A DNA stretch of 63,927 bases, filler included, from Choristocarpus tenellus KU-1152 (Eukaryota > Protista > Phaeophyceae): NCBI GenBank assembly GCA_964200185.2. It is 13 parts of 13 records of this genome, joined end to end, with 100 filler letters (N's around TTAATTAATTAA, not from the genome) between each part and the next. Parts side by side here need not be neighbours in the genome. Positions count along the whole stretch, not along the records: positions 37,769 to 43,336 come from CAXNAD020010397.1; positions 43,437 to 46,942 come from CAXNAD020019564.1; positions 47,043 to 50,807 come from CAXNAD020018066.1; positions 50,908 to 54,576 come from CAXNAD020018608.1; 9 more parts are not named here. One strand, written 5' to 3'. Shown here one piece after another: positions 40,650 to 51,574 of this stretch. A program made the translations under genes and the position numbers. The notes beneath the pieces are model-generated. The model worked only from the letters and a program-made list of their open reading frames with translations. It was not told where the DNA came from and did not search any database. Position 1 is the stretch's first letter; each line of letters starts with the position of its first letter.

Positions 40650-40908
40650 GACCCAAAGTATCTTATAGGGTAGAGCTGCGTCCATTTGTGGGCCAAAATC
40701 CAATGTTGTGATTTTGATGTAATTTTGGCTATGGTGTTTGTTAGGAAGTGTCAATATCTATGTTTCGGTTACACCTATTCATAACATAAACATTTTCCTA
40801 CTCCGAAACATTTCAGAGTAGGAAAATGTCATTAAAAAACCCTGTGGGACGCCAAGCCCCAAATGGACAAACAGGCCAAAACTCGTCCCCTTTAAGATAC
40901 TTTCACTC
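40650..40908. mobile_element. MITE family A in transposase intron 4
   Basis: GACCCAAAGTATCTTATAGGGTA ... TTTAAGATACTTTCACTC; perfect 4-bp TSD GTAA. Confidence 0.93.
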
Positions 40909-43507
40909 GTAAGAGCTAATCAAGGAGGAGGAAAACCCACAGACATGTATATCAGCCAGTCGGGTGTATGTGCTCTACATCGCAAAAACACATTCCATTA
41001 CCCCTCTTTTTAGCTCCAATTAAACAATGCATAAGTAAGCAGAGTACTATTTGCCAACTAACGACGGACATCATCGTTCGCGCAGGTTCTAACCTTGTCT
41101 GCATAACCGCCCACCTTGCCTTCTCAAGGCTTATCGACAAGTACCACAATAACCTCGATCACGCGGGGCATTGCATCATCAAACATGCGCATTGGCAGGT
41201 AAGAAAGTTTCATCTTGACACGACCTACTCAACACATACTCGCCGAATACCAGTCACCAAGTAACTAACTGCACGGTCTTTAGTTTTGGTTTGTGTGTTG
41301 CAACCTGCATATATGATGGCGGTGATGTAGAGGTTGCGCTCTAGCACTACTGGAAACGTACCCTGTTCCTCCACGAAACGTGGTGAAATGGGCTGACATA
41401 TCGGCCTCACGCCTATCCCTCCCTCGCTCCCAACTCCCCAAACTGACCAGGTCGACAACTGCGTCACAATTTCTTTCTCGGATATGCAGGGCTGTTGGTC
41501 GCGGCAAGTGTCATTCGTGTGGTCGAGATAAATTTTATGATGGTAGGGCACACACACATAAAAATCGATCAGATCTTCTCCAGGTAATTAAGGCAAGATA
41601 TATAAATGCAATAGCCACATGGTGTTTTTAGACGGACAGATACTGCCTTGAGGCTTGCAGTTCACGCTTGTTGCGTCTCTGGAAGATTTATGGTCATACA
41701 CTGCAATTGTTTGATTGACGTTTGATTTCCCCACAACAAAATTACACGATAAGAGCAGCTGCCAAACCTGTTTTGTAACCTACTCTCGAAACAAAACAAT
41801 AAAATGTACACATCACCCCTTTTTATATTTATACTTCCATATACATGCATCAGAGCATGTGCCAGCATATATATCTTGCTTCTCCACTTCGCTTCTTTCG
41901 CCCTCGCCTCAAAATTAACTTGCTTTCATTTCACCTTCAGGTTCTCACGTGGTATCAAAGGGAAGAACATATTCACAAGAACACAGCTGGGTGAAGAGCT
42001 GCAGGCCTCTTACACGGAGGTTCCAGTCTACTGCAAGACCCTACGGAACGAGGGAAACTTCAAGGGACTCCTTCGCGGTCACGTCAACCGTGTTCCCAAT
42101 ATCACGAGCTACAGGGCTTTTCGCGTTGAAAAAGGCGGTGATGGGCGGGTTAAGGTTAGCGTAAAGCAATACATGCACAGCACCGAATGGAGTGGGATAG
42201 GCGGAGATGTTGCTATCGACCCCAATAACCCTCCGCACGACCTCTTCATCGGCCACCCGCCTCGTATCCAAGATGCACCACCCTACCAGCTCGTTCCTGA
42301 AGACGTCATCCTGAAGGTGGAGCAGCGGTACCAGGCGTCACACGAGCGCCTCGCTGCTGCGTATCCACTGGGTAAGTCGATTTTTTCGTGAGGGGAGTTG
42401 ATGGCTAATTCTGGTATTCGGTTGCAGCCGAAAAAATCTGGTGCAACTTCTGTACGAGGCAGCCTTTACAGCCTTTACAAAAACAATTTTGAAAAATATT
42501 CCATTCTCATGCGTAGTGATCGTCGCATGTTGCAATAAAAAGTACTATAGATTACCCCCGATAAATGCTTTGAGAGTACCGGTCTTGTACTCAACAGACA
42601 CGAATCCGACGAAATCTACACCCTACCTCTCACTGCATGCTCCCCGAGCGCATCCGTGCAACCTCACACCTGGTTACAAAGTAACATTCATGCTTCCATA
42701 CCGTTGATGTTCTCATGCTCATGGATTCCACCTTCGCAGACGATGAAGCCATTCAGAGAGCGAAACACGAGCAAAGCGAGTCTATGCGGCTTCTCAAAAA
42801 GACAGGGGAACGAGAGTTCGACCTCCCAGTCCATTGGCTTCCCACCGATGACGATGACGCTGGAACTGGTACCAGCAACGTCGAAGACACCGACCAGGGC
42901 GAACGTTCGGGTGGAGGAGGTAATCTCGTCAGCGGTGACAATAATCTCGGCGGGCTCGAGGAAACAGACTCTTCCTCATCGGACAGTGACAAGGAAGAAC
43001 CTGGCTTCCGTCGACAGGGTTGGCCTCGTGCCACCTTGACATTGGCAAACGATGGAAACTTCGTCTCCGTACAGGAAGGCAGGTTTGCCTTTTTTGTGGC
43101 AACGGAGGGGCAGCTCTTGGTCGGCAAGATCCTAGCGGAGCGCGTTGGCGACGACGGGGAGCGTGGGGCGGATCTTCACTGGCTTCGGCCGATCAGTGAC
43201 CACACACGTGACAACACCGCATTTATGACCCTTGATAAGTACGGGAAAAGTAGTTTTGTAGAAGGCTACATACACGCTGGTCATGGATCCGGGCGAACTG
43301 GGAAACAGAAGCGGGTCAAAGACGTAAGCTGGGAACNNNNNNNNNNNNNNNNNNNNNNNNNNNNNNNNNNNNNNNNNNNNTTAATTAATTAANNNNNNNN
43401 NNNNNNNNNNNNNNNNNNNNNNNNNNNNNNNNNNNNTTAATTCACCCCCCCCACAAAAAAAAAAAAAAAAAAAAAAAAAACGAAAAAAAAAAAAATACCC
43501 CAAAAAG

Positions 43508-43539
<32 letters not shown>

Positions 43540-43920
43540 AGATACTTTGAACCGCAATTGGAACGAAGATTATGGCCAAGGTGGGCACATGATGCACTGC
43601 AATATGATGACAAAAATACTATCGTGTCATTTACGCTTACTTGAAGTTGCAAGCAATTTCGTTTCTCTTACCTTTCCTCCAAAAATTCAGAAGTGCAGAA
43701 CTACACTTGTGGAGACATCATATATTGGTACAAGGCTAGGTTGAGGCTCATGGACTACTTTCAAATGCCGATTCATGGACTTCTCAGATGATCTTTGTTT
43801 ATTTTTTTGAGGAAAGTTTTGTTTACAGCCAGGTGTGCAAGCCTAAACCTAGAAAAATAGGTACCCTCTCTGCATTAAAGTTGGAATCGCCTCAGGTCCA
43901 AGCCATTTTGTTTGGTACAA

Positions 43921-44178
43921 AAGTGAAAGTATGTTACAGGGTACGAGTCTTTCCCTGTTTGTCCATTTGGGCCTTGGCTTCCCACGGGTTTTTAATGACA
44001 TATTACCTACTCCAAAATGTTTTGGAGTAGGTAAAATGTGTACGTATGAAAAGGTGTATCCGGAAAAAGGATATGGACATCTCCTAACAAGAAATGTAGC
44101 CAAAATTTCATCAAAATTGCAACATCAGATCTTGACCCCCAAACGGACGCTGTTCTACCCTCTAAGATACTTTGATTC
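43921..44178. mobile_element. MITE family A
   Basis: AAGTGAAAGTATGTTACAGGGTA ... TACCCTCTAAGATACTTTGATTC; perfect 4-bp TSD ACAA. Confidence 0.92.
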
Positions 44179-44228
44179 ACAAGCCGACTTGCCACCAAGA
44201 AGGTAGAATATGTCTCATTCACACTCAC

Positions 44229-46622
44229 CGTTTCAGGTCTGAAGACCTTTGTCCGGACTAGGACACACCCAGATGGTGTAGGGGAAGCCAGTTCCAGAAC
44301 TCCCCTTAGTACGGCATCAATATTACATTGCAGAACCACAACAAAGGATACATCTCCATCTGGAGCTCCACGGACACCGGCTATTGTCATTGGAGTCATG
44401 ATTTTGCGATATTTGTCAGGCGATATAGAGTATGGGTACAACAGATTAAAGATACAGTATGAGACGTGTTCAGTGAGTATAGTCATCAACTTGACACACA
44501 TGAGCCACCTGGCTCTACTCTGTTGGACGGAGTACAGTATGACAGAAAATTGTGCAGGAGGCTATCCTCCCACAGGTGGCCTACAGCTTGATTGTTGGGG
44601 AGGTCTGTTGCTGCTTAACACAGGTGTGTGTTTGGTGTTCATGTGGATTGTGTGAAGTGATTCAATGACATGCTATGGTAATGAATCTCTTAATGGGTAT
44701 CGAGTATACTTGGGATGAGGGGAATGCTGTGCATCAGGGACACATTCTCGATGAATTGGCACGCACAGAGTTCTCTATGTTCAGTAACACACGAAAGTGA
44801 GCTTTCTAGGACACATCCCCCCCCATAGCACACCCAAAACTGTACAAAAAGTCCTTTACTTGGACTGTCACTACTCATATGTGGCCTAGTTAAGTGTTTC
44901 ATTTCCTCCATATTTGACTATTTTGTTCTCACTACAGGGAAGAGGTTCCTCTTTAGCAGAGCTTTGTGACCTGAATGCTTTCTAGCACTCACAGGTGCGA
45001 GGAACAACAGCGTCCTTGGCCTCCTCAGTATATCCCACCCTCTCCCTGTCCTCCTTGGGAAGTCCTACACCGATGTAGTCCCTAGATTCAAAGCAAGGAA
45101 AGAAGTTTTAACACCATTCTGTTAGGCAGTGTTAACATTGAAGAACCTTTGCTAGTACTCTCTGTGCAGAAGACCATCCAGATGTTGCCCCTGCTTGACA
45201 TCCTTGTTGTTAGTATTGTTTGGTCTCTTTGCCTACATTGTACATATGGAGCATGCAGTCGTCACTCTTAACAAGAGGCTGAAAGTATCTGAGGGGGGAG
45301 GGGGGGAGGTCTACACCAAGGTGTCCATTTGGGCCCTAACCAAGAAAAATGCACTTACATTATCCATCCGATGCATGCAACCAAATCACCCAAAAGTTGC
45401 CATATGGAAAAATGACCCCCAAATGGACAGGCGCCACCCCCCCCCTCCACCCCAGATACTTTTAGCCAGAGCATGCATTTTCTTGCAGGGTTACCCTCTC
45501 TTCTAGTTCTAAGGGTACATGTAGGTATAAGACCTACAGTACAGAGCCTGTGCCACAAAATGAAACTATAAGAAATATTTGTAGCTGTGCATGGACCTAC
45601 AATACTCAAGTTGCATGAGATTTTTTATCGTAAAAGCATGAGTCCAAGTATCTTAGAGGGTAGAGTCGCGTCCATTTGGGGTTCAAAATCCAATGCTGCG
45701 ATTTTGATGTATATTTTGGCTATTGTGCTTGTTAGGAAGTGTCAATATCCTTGTTCAGACACACCTTTTCATAACATATATGTTTGACCTACTCCAAAAT
45801 GTTTCGGAGTAGGTAAAATGTCATAAAAGAAGTCATGGGAAGTCAAGTCCCAAACGGACAAACAGGCCAAAAACCGTACCCTAACCCTAAGATACTTTCA
45901 CTTGCAACCCAAAGTATTTTCGTTAAATGTAGAGCAATTTCTCGAGGCAATGATCTAAACGGACATCTAGGTATAGTAGGTTCAAACAAGTTTCCTGTGC
46001 CTATATGTTCTTCTTTGTACTTCTCTATAATGAAGGGGAAAACTTGTGTGAGGACAACCTCTCTGGGAGAGCACAAATCACCTCATCACTAGAGCAATCA
46101 GATATTAACTAATTGCCAACCTCATGTCGAGCACCCTTGCTATCCACTATGTACCATTGGAACAGGAAAATCAGAAGGGATATTGGAAAACTGACATTGG
46201 TGGGCACAACTTTTTCAGTGTATTATTCCTCAAACTGCAAGTATTCTTGTACTGTCACACAGAACGAATTTTAAGAACTGTGGGTACAGTTCTATGCCAT
46301 GGCGTTTTTTCAAAGTATTTGGGATGCCAAGCCCCCCACACAGCAAAATAGAAAAATTAAAAAAAATCTCGATCCGAGTATTATTGCGTTGAAACGATAA
46401 GAAACATACTAAACGTTCTCTGAGAAAACACGCAGTTGTAGCAAACAGCAACACAGACATAAAAACAGACATACATGTATCCTATTACTAGGCTACCGTG
46501 TCGTGCCCACCTGTGGTGTGCATCGAGCGGAAGAGGGAACCAATCTTCAGCTCCTCCTGTGAAATTGTAAATTTCATTCCACTTGTTGTTCCACACCGAT
46601 ATTTTGGCGGCAGAGAAGTGTT
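44229..46622 (-). CDS. RP2: XRP2/RP2 (TBCC-domain ARL3 GAP) homologue, internal part (exons 46622-46511, 45081-44993, 44380-44229)
   Basis: HFSAAKISVWNNKWNEIYNFT..DWFPLP / DYIGV..AVVPRT / SGVRG..SFVVVL..CVLVRTKV parallels RP2 [49 protein letters not shown]. Exons in phase. Confidence 0.78.
45277..45467. mobile_element. MITE family B in RP2 intron
   Basis: GGCTGAAAGTATCTGAGGGG ... CCCCAGATACTTTTAGCC; 3-bp TSD AGA. Confidence 0.9.
45640..45903. mobile_element. MITE family A in RP2 intron
   Basis: GAGTCCAAGTATCTTAGAGGGTA ... TACCCTAACCCTAAGATACTTTCACTT; flanks GCAT/GCAA. Confidence 0.9.
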
Positions 46623-49393
46623 CTGCAAGACTAGTATAGTGAAAAGGTCAGCAGAGAGGTTGGGCAAAGGGGATCAATCAGTAGGCAAAGAAAATGATAG
46701 CATTTGCTGTGTTTGAAGTCATGCTGCAAATTACTCAGAACTATTATAGAACTATTGTAGTGGTTATCTACAAGGAAGCGCTACCGCTGAGTAGGTGTTT
46801 CTCAGCTATCAAGAGCTAGCATGCTACGATTACTGTATGAGACATCTGGAGTTGTTTGATGGCTCAAAGTATCTGGGAGGGGGTGGCAGCTGTCCACTTG
46901 GGGGCAATTTTTTAATGTCGCGATTTTTGGGTGATTTGGTTGNNNNNNNNNNNNNNNNNNNNNNNNNNNNNNNNNNNNNNNNNNNNTTAATTAATTAANN
47001 NNNNNNNNNNNNNNNNNNNNNNNNNNNNNNNNNNNNNNNNNNTCTCCTTGTTACCCCCCCTCCGGTTTCTTCTCCAATTCAATACTGACCATCCCTTCAT
47101 TCCTCGTGCCTCTGCCTGCCACTCAATTCTTTAACCTCCCAACTGTTCCTTAACTCTTCGTACATTCTTTGCTGATTCTTATATTCTTTCTTGTCACCTT
47201 CCTTGCCCCATGCCCGCCCACAAAACTCAGATTACTTCATAAACTTTCATATAGCTGGTTGTGTGGGACAACAGATCGTCAAGGACAGCTTAACATATTT
47301 CCGTCAAAAAAAAGTCTGGCAAATATGGGGTTCAAACCCACGAAATTCATGTGGATAAGTTCCCACCCTGCACCAGGATGAACACTACTTTTTTTAAGTA
47401 TTCAGTATTTTTGAGATCTGGAGGGTGCTTGCAGGCATTCAGATGACCAACAAATAGAAGGTTTCGTGGAGTGGCCCCTACCAAGGTTGTCTATGACATT
47501 TGGAAATTTGGTGCGGTCCCTAGTAAGGATTGGTTAGGAAGAATTCAAGGGAAAATGACTTGGATGGCAAGTAAAATTGGGACAAAAAGGAAAAGAGGAC
47601 AAGGTAGGATGGAGACACGCAACAAGATCCAACATCAACAGCAGCCCGGGTATAAACCGATAAATCTTAACTTCACTACAGAACAGATGGCATTTGGTGT
47701 GATATGTATGGAAGTTGTATGGCCATTCATGATCCTTACGCAGCTCATGACTTGCCCATGGACTGAGGGGTACCCCTGTAGGATCGACCCACACATTTGT
47801 AGTGCTCTGACCAGTGAGAGCAACGACTATTTGTAGTGGTATGTTACATATTTATTTCTATTGAATTAATCGAGGATGACACATAATAACAGCAGGAGCA
47901 GGGGGAAATGAGGGTACAACGGACACAGGTTCCCCCTCAGGGAGTAACATACTATGGGTATTTGAGGGTTGGGGGCTCATGTCCTGCCAAGGCTGTGACC
48001 CCACCGTCTTAGAATCAGAGGATGCAACCTTCCTTGTACCTCGGCCACCCCCTATCATGGAGGAGCACCCAAACTGACGCTTCAAGGTGCAGAATCAATT
48101 TCCTTGGAAGGGAAGGGGCTCAAGGTCGCGATCATTCGGTAAACATGACCAAATAAGGGAGGCCGAGATGGTGAAGAAGGATGAGACTGTCAGGGCTGAG
48201 GTCACACCATTTGCATCGGTGAAGGGGGTTCGCCTCTATGTGGGTGCCAGAAGCACTGTATACTACAAGAGTTCACGCCATCTTGGTTGGTTGTGGGACA
48301 AGCTCAGGCACTCAAGTATTAATGCAGCAGCTTTGGAAATCACACCAGCGGAGACTGTTTGAGTAGTCGCACCCAGAGGAAACTCCTCTGGGAGTCGGCC
48401 AAGCCCAGAGCTATATAGTAGGGCGGGAGGAGTTGATGTGCCGTTTCTTTTGGATTTACCCTTTTTTTTTTCATTATTGTTATTTTTTGTGTGTGTGTAA
48501 GAGAGAGAGAGAGAGAGAGAGGATCCGGTGGTTGGGATGGGAGCATTGGAACGTTGCAGGTGGACGTAGTTACAGTTAGGGTTTAGTCTCCTGCCACCAA
48601 ACAAGTTCCACAGGTACAACAAAAAAGATCATGCCATTCTCTTGACAGTTGTATCACGAAGCTCCACCAAGTTTTAGTCTAGTCTACTGTTGCCTTGGTT
48701 GAGGTGGTAAGTCCCCCATCTCTACAAAATAGACTCGAATGCAATACAAAAAAAAATTGCAGCATGAACCACTTCTATTAGGATGGATAGATCAGAACCA
48801 ACAGAGTACATCCTCAAGCCTCAGAGTTCAAAATGCTCTAGCAACAGGTCGCTACGAAGCAAACCAGGGCAGCACAGAGCTGTTTTTAAGAGGATATACT
48901 TTGGACCTCATTTTCTCGATAGTACGAATTCTCCTGAGAATTGAAAGTAAGTGGCATCTTAGATTAAGTATGATCTTTCCAAAACCAGTCTCAAATAGGA
49001 GATGGATAGCCTGGTTTCCCGCTTTAGAACCTAAGAAGACAGCCTTCCAGTTACCTCAATGGTGACATTTTTTTACATTTTCCTCAGCAAAAATAGTGCG
49101 ATTTTTTTTGGTGACATTTGAGTCTTTGTCGGATAAAATGTAAAGATGGTCCATAACTTCAACCAGAATAACTTATGGAATTAAAAATTAAAAAAACTGT
49201 TTATCCGTAATCCTGCCTGGTTGAGTTAGAGCTCTCTGACGATATGTAGGTCAATGTATGGGTAACATATCAATCTTTCACAATAGTTCAATATGTGTTG
49301 TTTGGTGCAGTGTTGCCTATATCATTCGACCAGACGTGTTTGTCAATATCACAAACAATATACACAACCTGTGTTGATTGCACTACTAGTTAA

Positions 49394-49651
49394 GAACCAG
49401 AGTAATCAAGAGGTAGGCAAGCTTGCATTTTAAGGATCCCGAGAAATTTCAAAAAGACGCCAGTTTGTTCAATTGTATAAATAACCTTAGCTGAATTGTG
49501 GTGTCACTTTGTGTGTGGAAAGGGGGAATATCAATTTTGTGTTCACTACTCTGTACATAAATCAACGAAATAGGGTATATTGCACAGGTTAACAAAGGTG
49601 TCTTGGAATGCAAAAGGGGCCAAACCTGCCTACCTCTTAATTACTTGGCTC
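49394..49651. mobile_element. Diverged MITE related to family A'
   Basis: Imperfect TIRs GAACCAGAGTAATCAAGAGGTAGGC ... GCCTACCTCTTAATTACTTGGCTC; 258 bp long like family A; flanks TTAA/TTAG. Confidence 0.6.
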
Positions 49652-50736
49652 TTAGTAATGGTGCAAAAGAAATGAGACAGAAACAATTGTTGCTTCCAGT
49701 CGATGAAAAACAAAATCATTTTATTTTTTGTCATGCTATAAAATTCTCACTCACCATGTAGATCACCTTGATGAGACTACTTTAGTGCAAGTGCTGTTAC
49801 CCTGCTTCTCATGAGCTCTTGCATGACAAAATCTGATGTTTCTTGGATAGGTCAGGCTGGCTTTTGGTACGTGCAGGAATCACTCAGTAGTATACGAGTT
49901 GATGGGTATCCTGTACTGCTGCAGATCGCACCTCAGAACGGACAGACAAGTAGGGCACTCGCCCATGAGTACTGCTGTTTAAGGGTACAAATACATGATA
50001 CTCGTAAAATTAATACATTTTTTTTAAAGATAGCAATGTGCGCAAATATTTTGTGTCTCGGTCTCTCTTAACATTTGTGCGAAATATTGACTCATTTTCA
50101 AGTAGAGAGATGTATCGTATGTGTCTGTGATGATGTATGTTGTAGGTCTGTGATCTTTTTAACTGATACATTTGTGTGCTGAAATCCAGGAGAGGCGTGC
50201 ACCACTCCTACATGTCCGGTTAATAATGGAGTCATATGTTCAGTAGTAGTGTTTATAAAACTGTTAAAGCCCAATCTGAAGTAATTTTAATGTTTGATAA
50301 AAGGTCAACGGGAAAAAAAAGCCTTGTGGGTAATACTAATTCTTATCGGTAGAACTTGTGGGCGTCCAATTAATTAGTGCGTTATGTTGGTGTAAGATTG
50401 GGACTATCCGTATGAATTTCGTGGGTTCGAACAGATTTCATACTTCTTCTCACGGAAATGTGGTTCAAAATAGATCCAATTCCACATGCCAAGCACTCCA
50501 GATTATAAACTTGGAAGATCTTCTCTCTGCCTGTATTAGGAGAACGCTGATTTAAGGTCAAGGTGGGATATGGAAACTTCGATACAGGGTAGAAGACAAG
50601 ATTTGAGGACGGAGACGTAGGGACGAGTAGCTACACTGGAGCAGTAGGAGTGGAGTGCTGAACCCAACAAGGGAGAAGTATGCCAAGAGTGGAGGTAGTA
50701 CAATTAGTCATAATGAATTATTATGCAACAACGGAG

Positions 50737-50807
50737 GAGTGAAACTATCTTAGAGGGTACGGATTTTTCCCTGTTTGTCCATTATTTGTGGGGCTTGGCT
50801 TCCCATG
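50737..50807. mobile_element. MITE family A, left end, cut by linker
   Basis: GAGTGAAACTATCTTAGAGGGTAC...GGGCTTGGCTTCCCATG. Confidence 0.85.
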
Positions 50808-51574
50808 NNNNNNNNNNNNNNNNNNNNNNNNNNNNNNNNNNNNNNNNNNNNTTAATTAATTAANNNNNNNNNNNNNNNNNNNNNNNNNNNNNNNNNNNNN
50901 NNNNNNNTTCCTCTTGAGATTGCAAAATTTAAGTTCCCCTTTCTCGGTTTTGCCCCAAATGGTCCCCCTTTTTTGACCCCCCCCCCCCCCCCTCAGGTAC
51001 TTTGGGTCTCATTTGCACCTGACTTGGGCACTTACTTGGTGCTCATGTCACTACATCCGGAATGTTATGCCTTTCAGTTTGCAACCAAAACTTTAGTTCA
51101 GAAAAATTTGTAATGTGTGATGGAGAATGGCTCAATGCAACTTCTACATTTTTTTTTTACATTCAAGGAATGTGAAGATATAAATTTATAGCCGATAACA
51201 TTCTCGACATATTTTTGCAGGGGAGAAAGAAATAGCAGACAAGATAACACACCTCAGACGAACAGAGTATGTACTGTTGACAACAAAGACCCTTCCATAA
51301 GCGTGAAGTATCCATGTTTGATGGGAGCTTCTAGACAGTCATTCCCATCATCTATGAAGCTGTCTGTGGCAGCTGAGGGCTACTCCTCTAGCATATTCTA
51401 CTCAATGCCATCTCAGCTGACCATTTCCCCCTCAAGACTCTGGAATGCCTCAGTCCCATCTTTGTCTATCCCCGATAGTCATGTGTATCATTGCTCTATT
51501 CTAACCTTACCTTTGTGTTTATTTTTTTTCCTTGATTGAATGCACTTTTTTTCCGACAAACAACACACCCTTAC

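Larger units (their letters stand above)
38165..43336 (+). pseudogene. Intron-containing Sola-like (DUF7869-type) DDD transposase with one frameshift (exons about 38165-38319, 38949-39206, 39936-40099, 40319-40407, 41086-41198, 41451-41583, 41941-42371, 42740 to beyond 43336)
   Basis: Spliced product has GQFMPH, FIKCDIC, FMSVDAANQ (D1), GGGSNLVC, WQ|VDNCV (D2), EINFMMVGHTHIKIDQIFSR (D3) and a later RAFR..KVSVK motif. All 7 introns are GT-AG and phase-consistent. Single frameshift at about 41466. Confidence 0.85.

Noticed and set aside
47999-48140. SLEGKGLKVAIIR|GT resembling the N-terminus of lumazine synthase
   Set aside because: No downstream xRWN/VPG exon was found in the contig and the upstream frame is closed; too little to call.
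49378-49666. CACTA-like terminus (CACTACTAG...ATGGTG)
   Set aside because: No direct 3-bp TSD (TTG/CAA), and the inner TIR matches the A' clan better.
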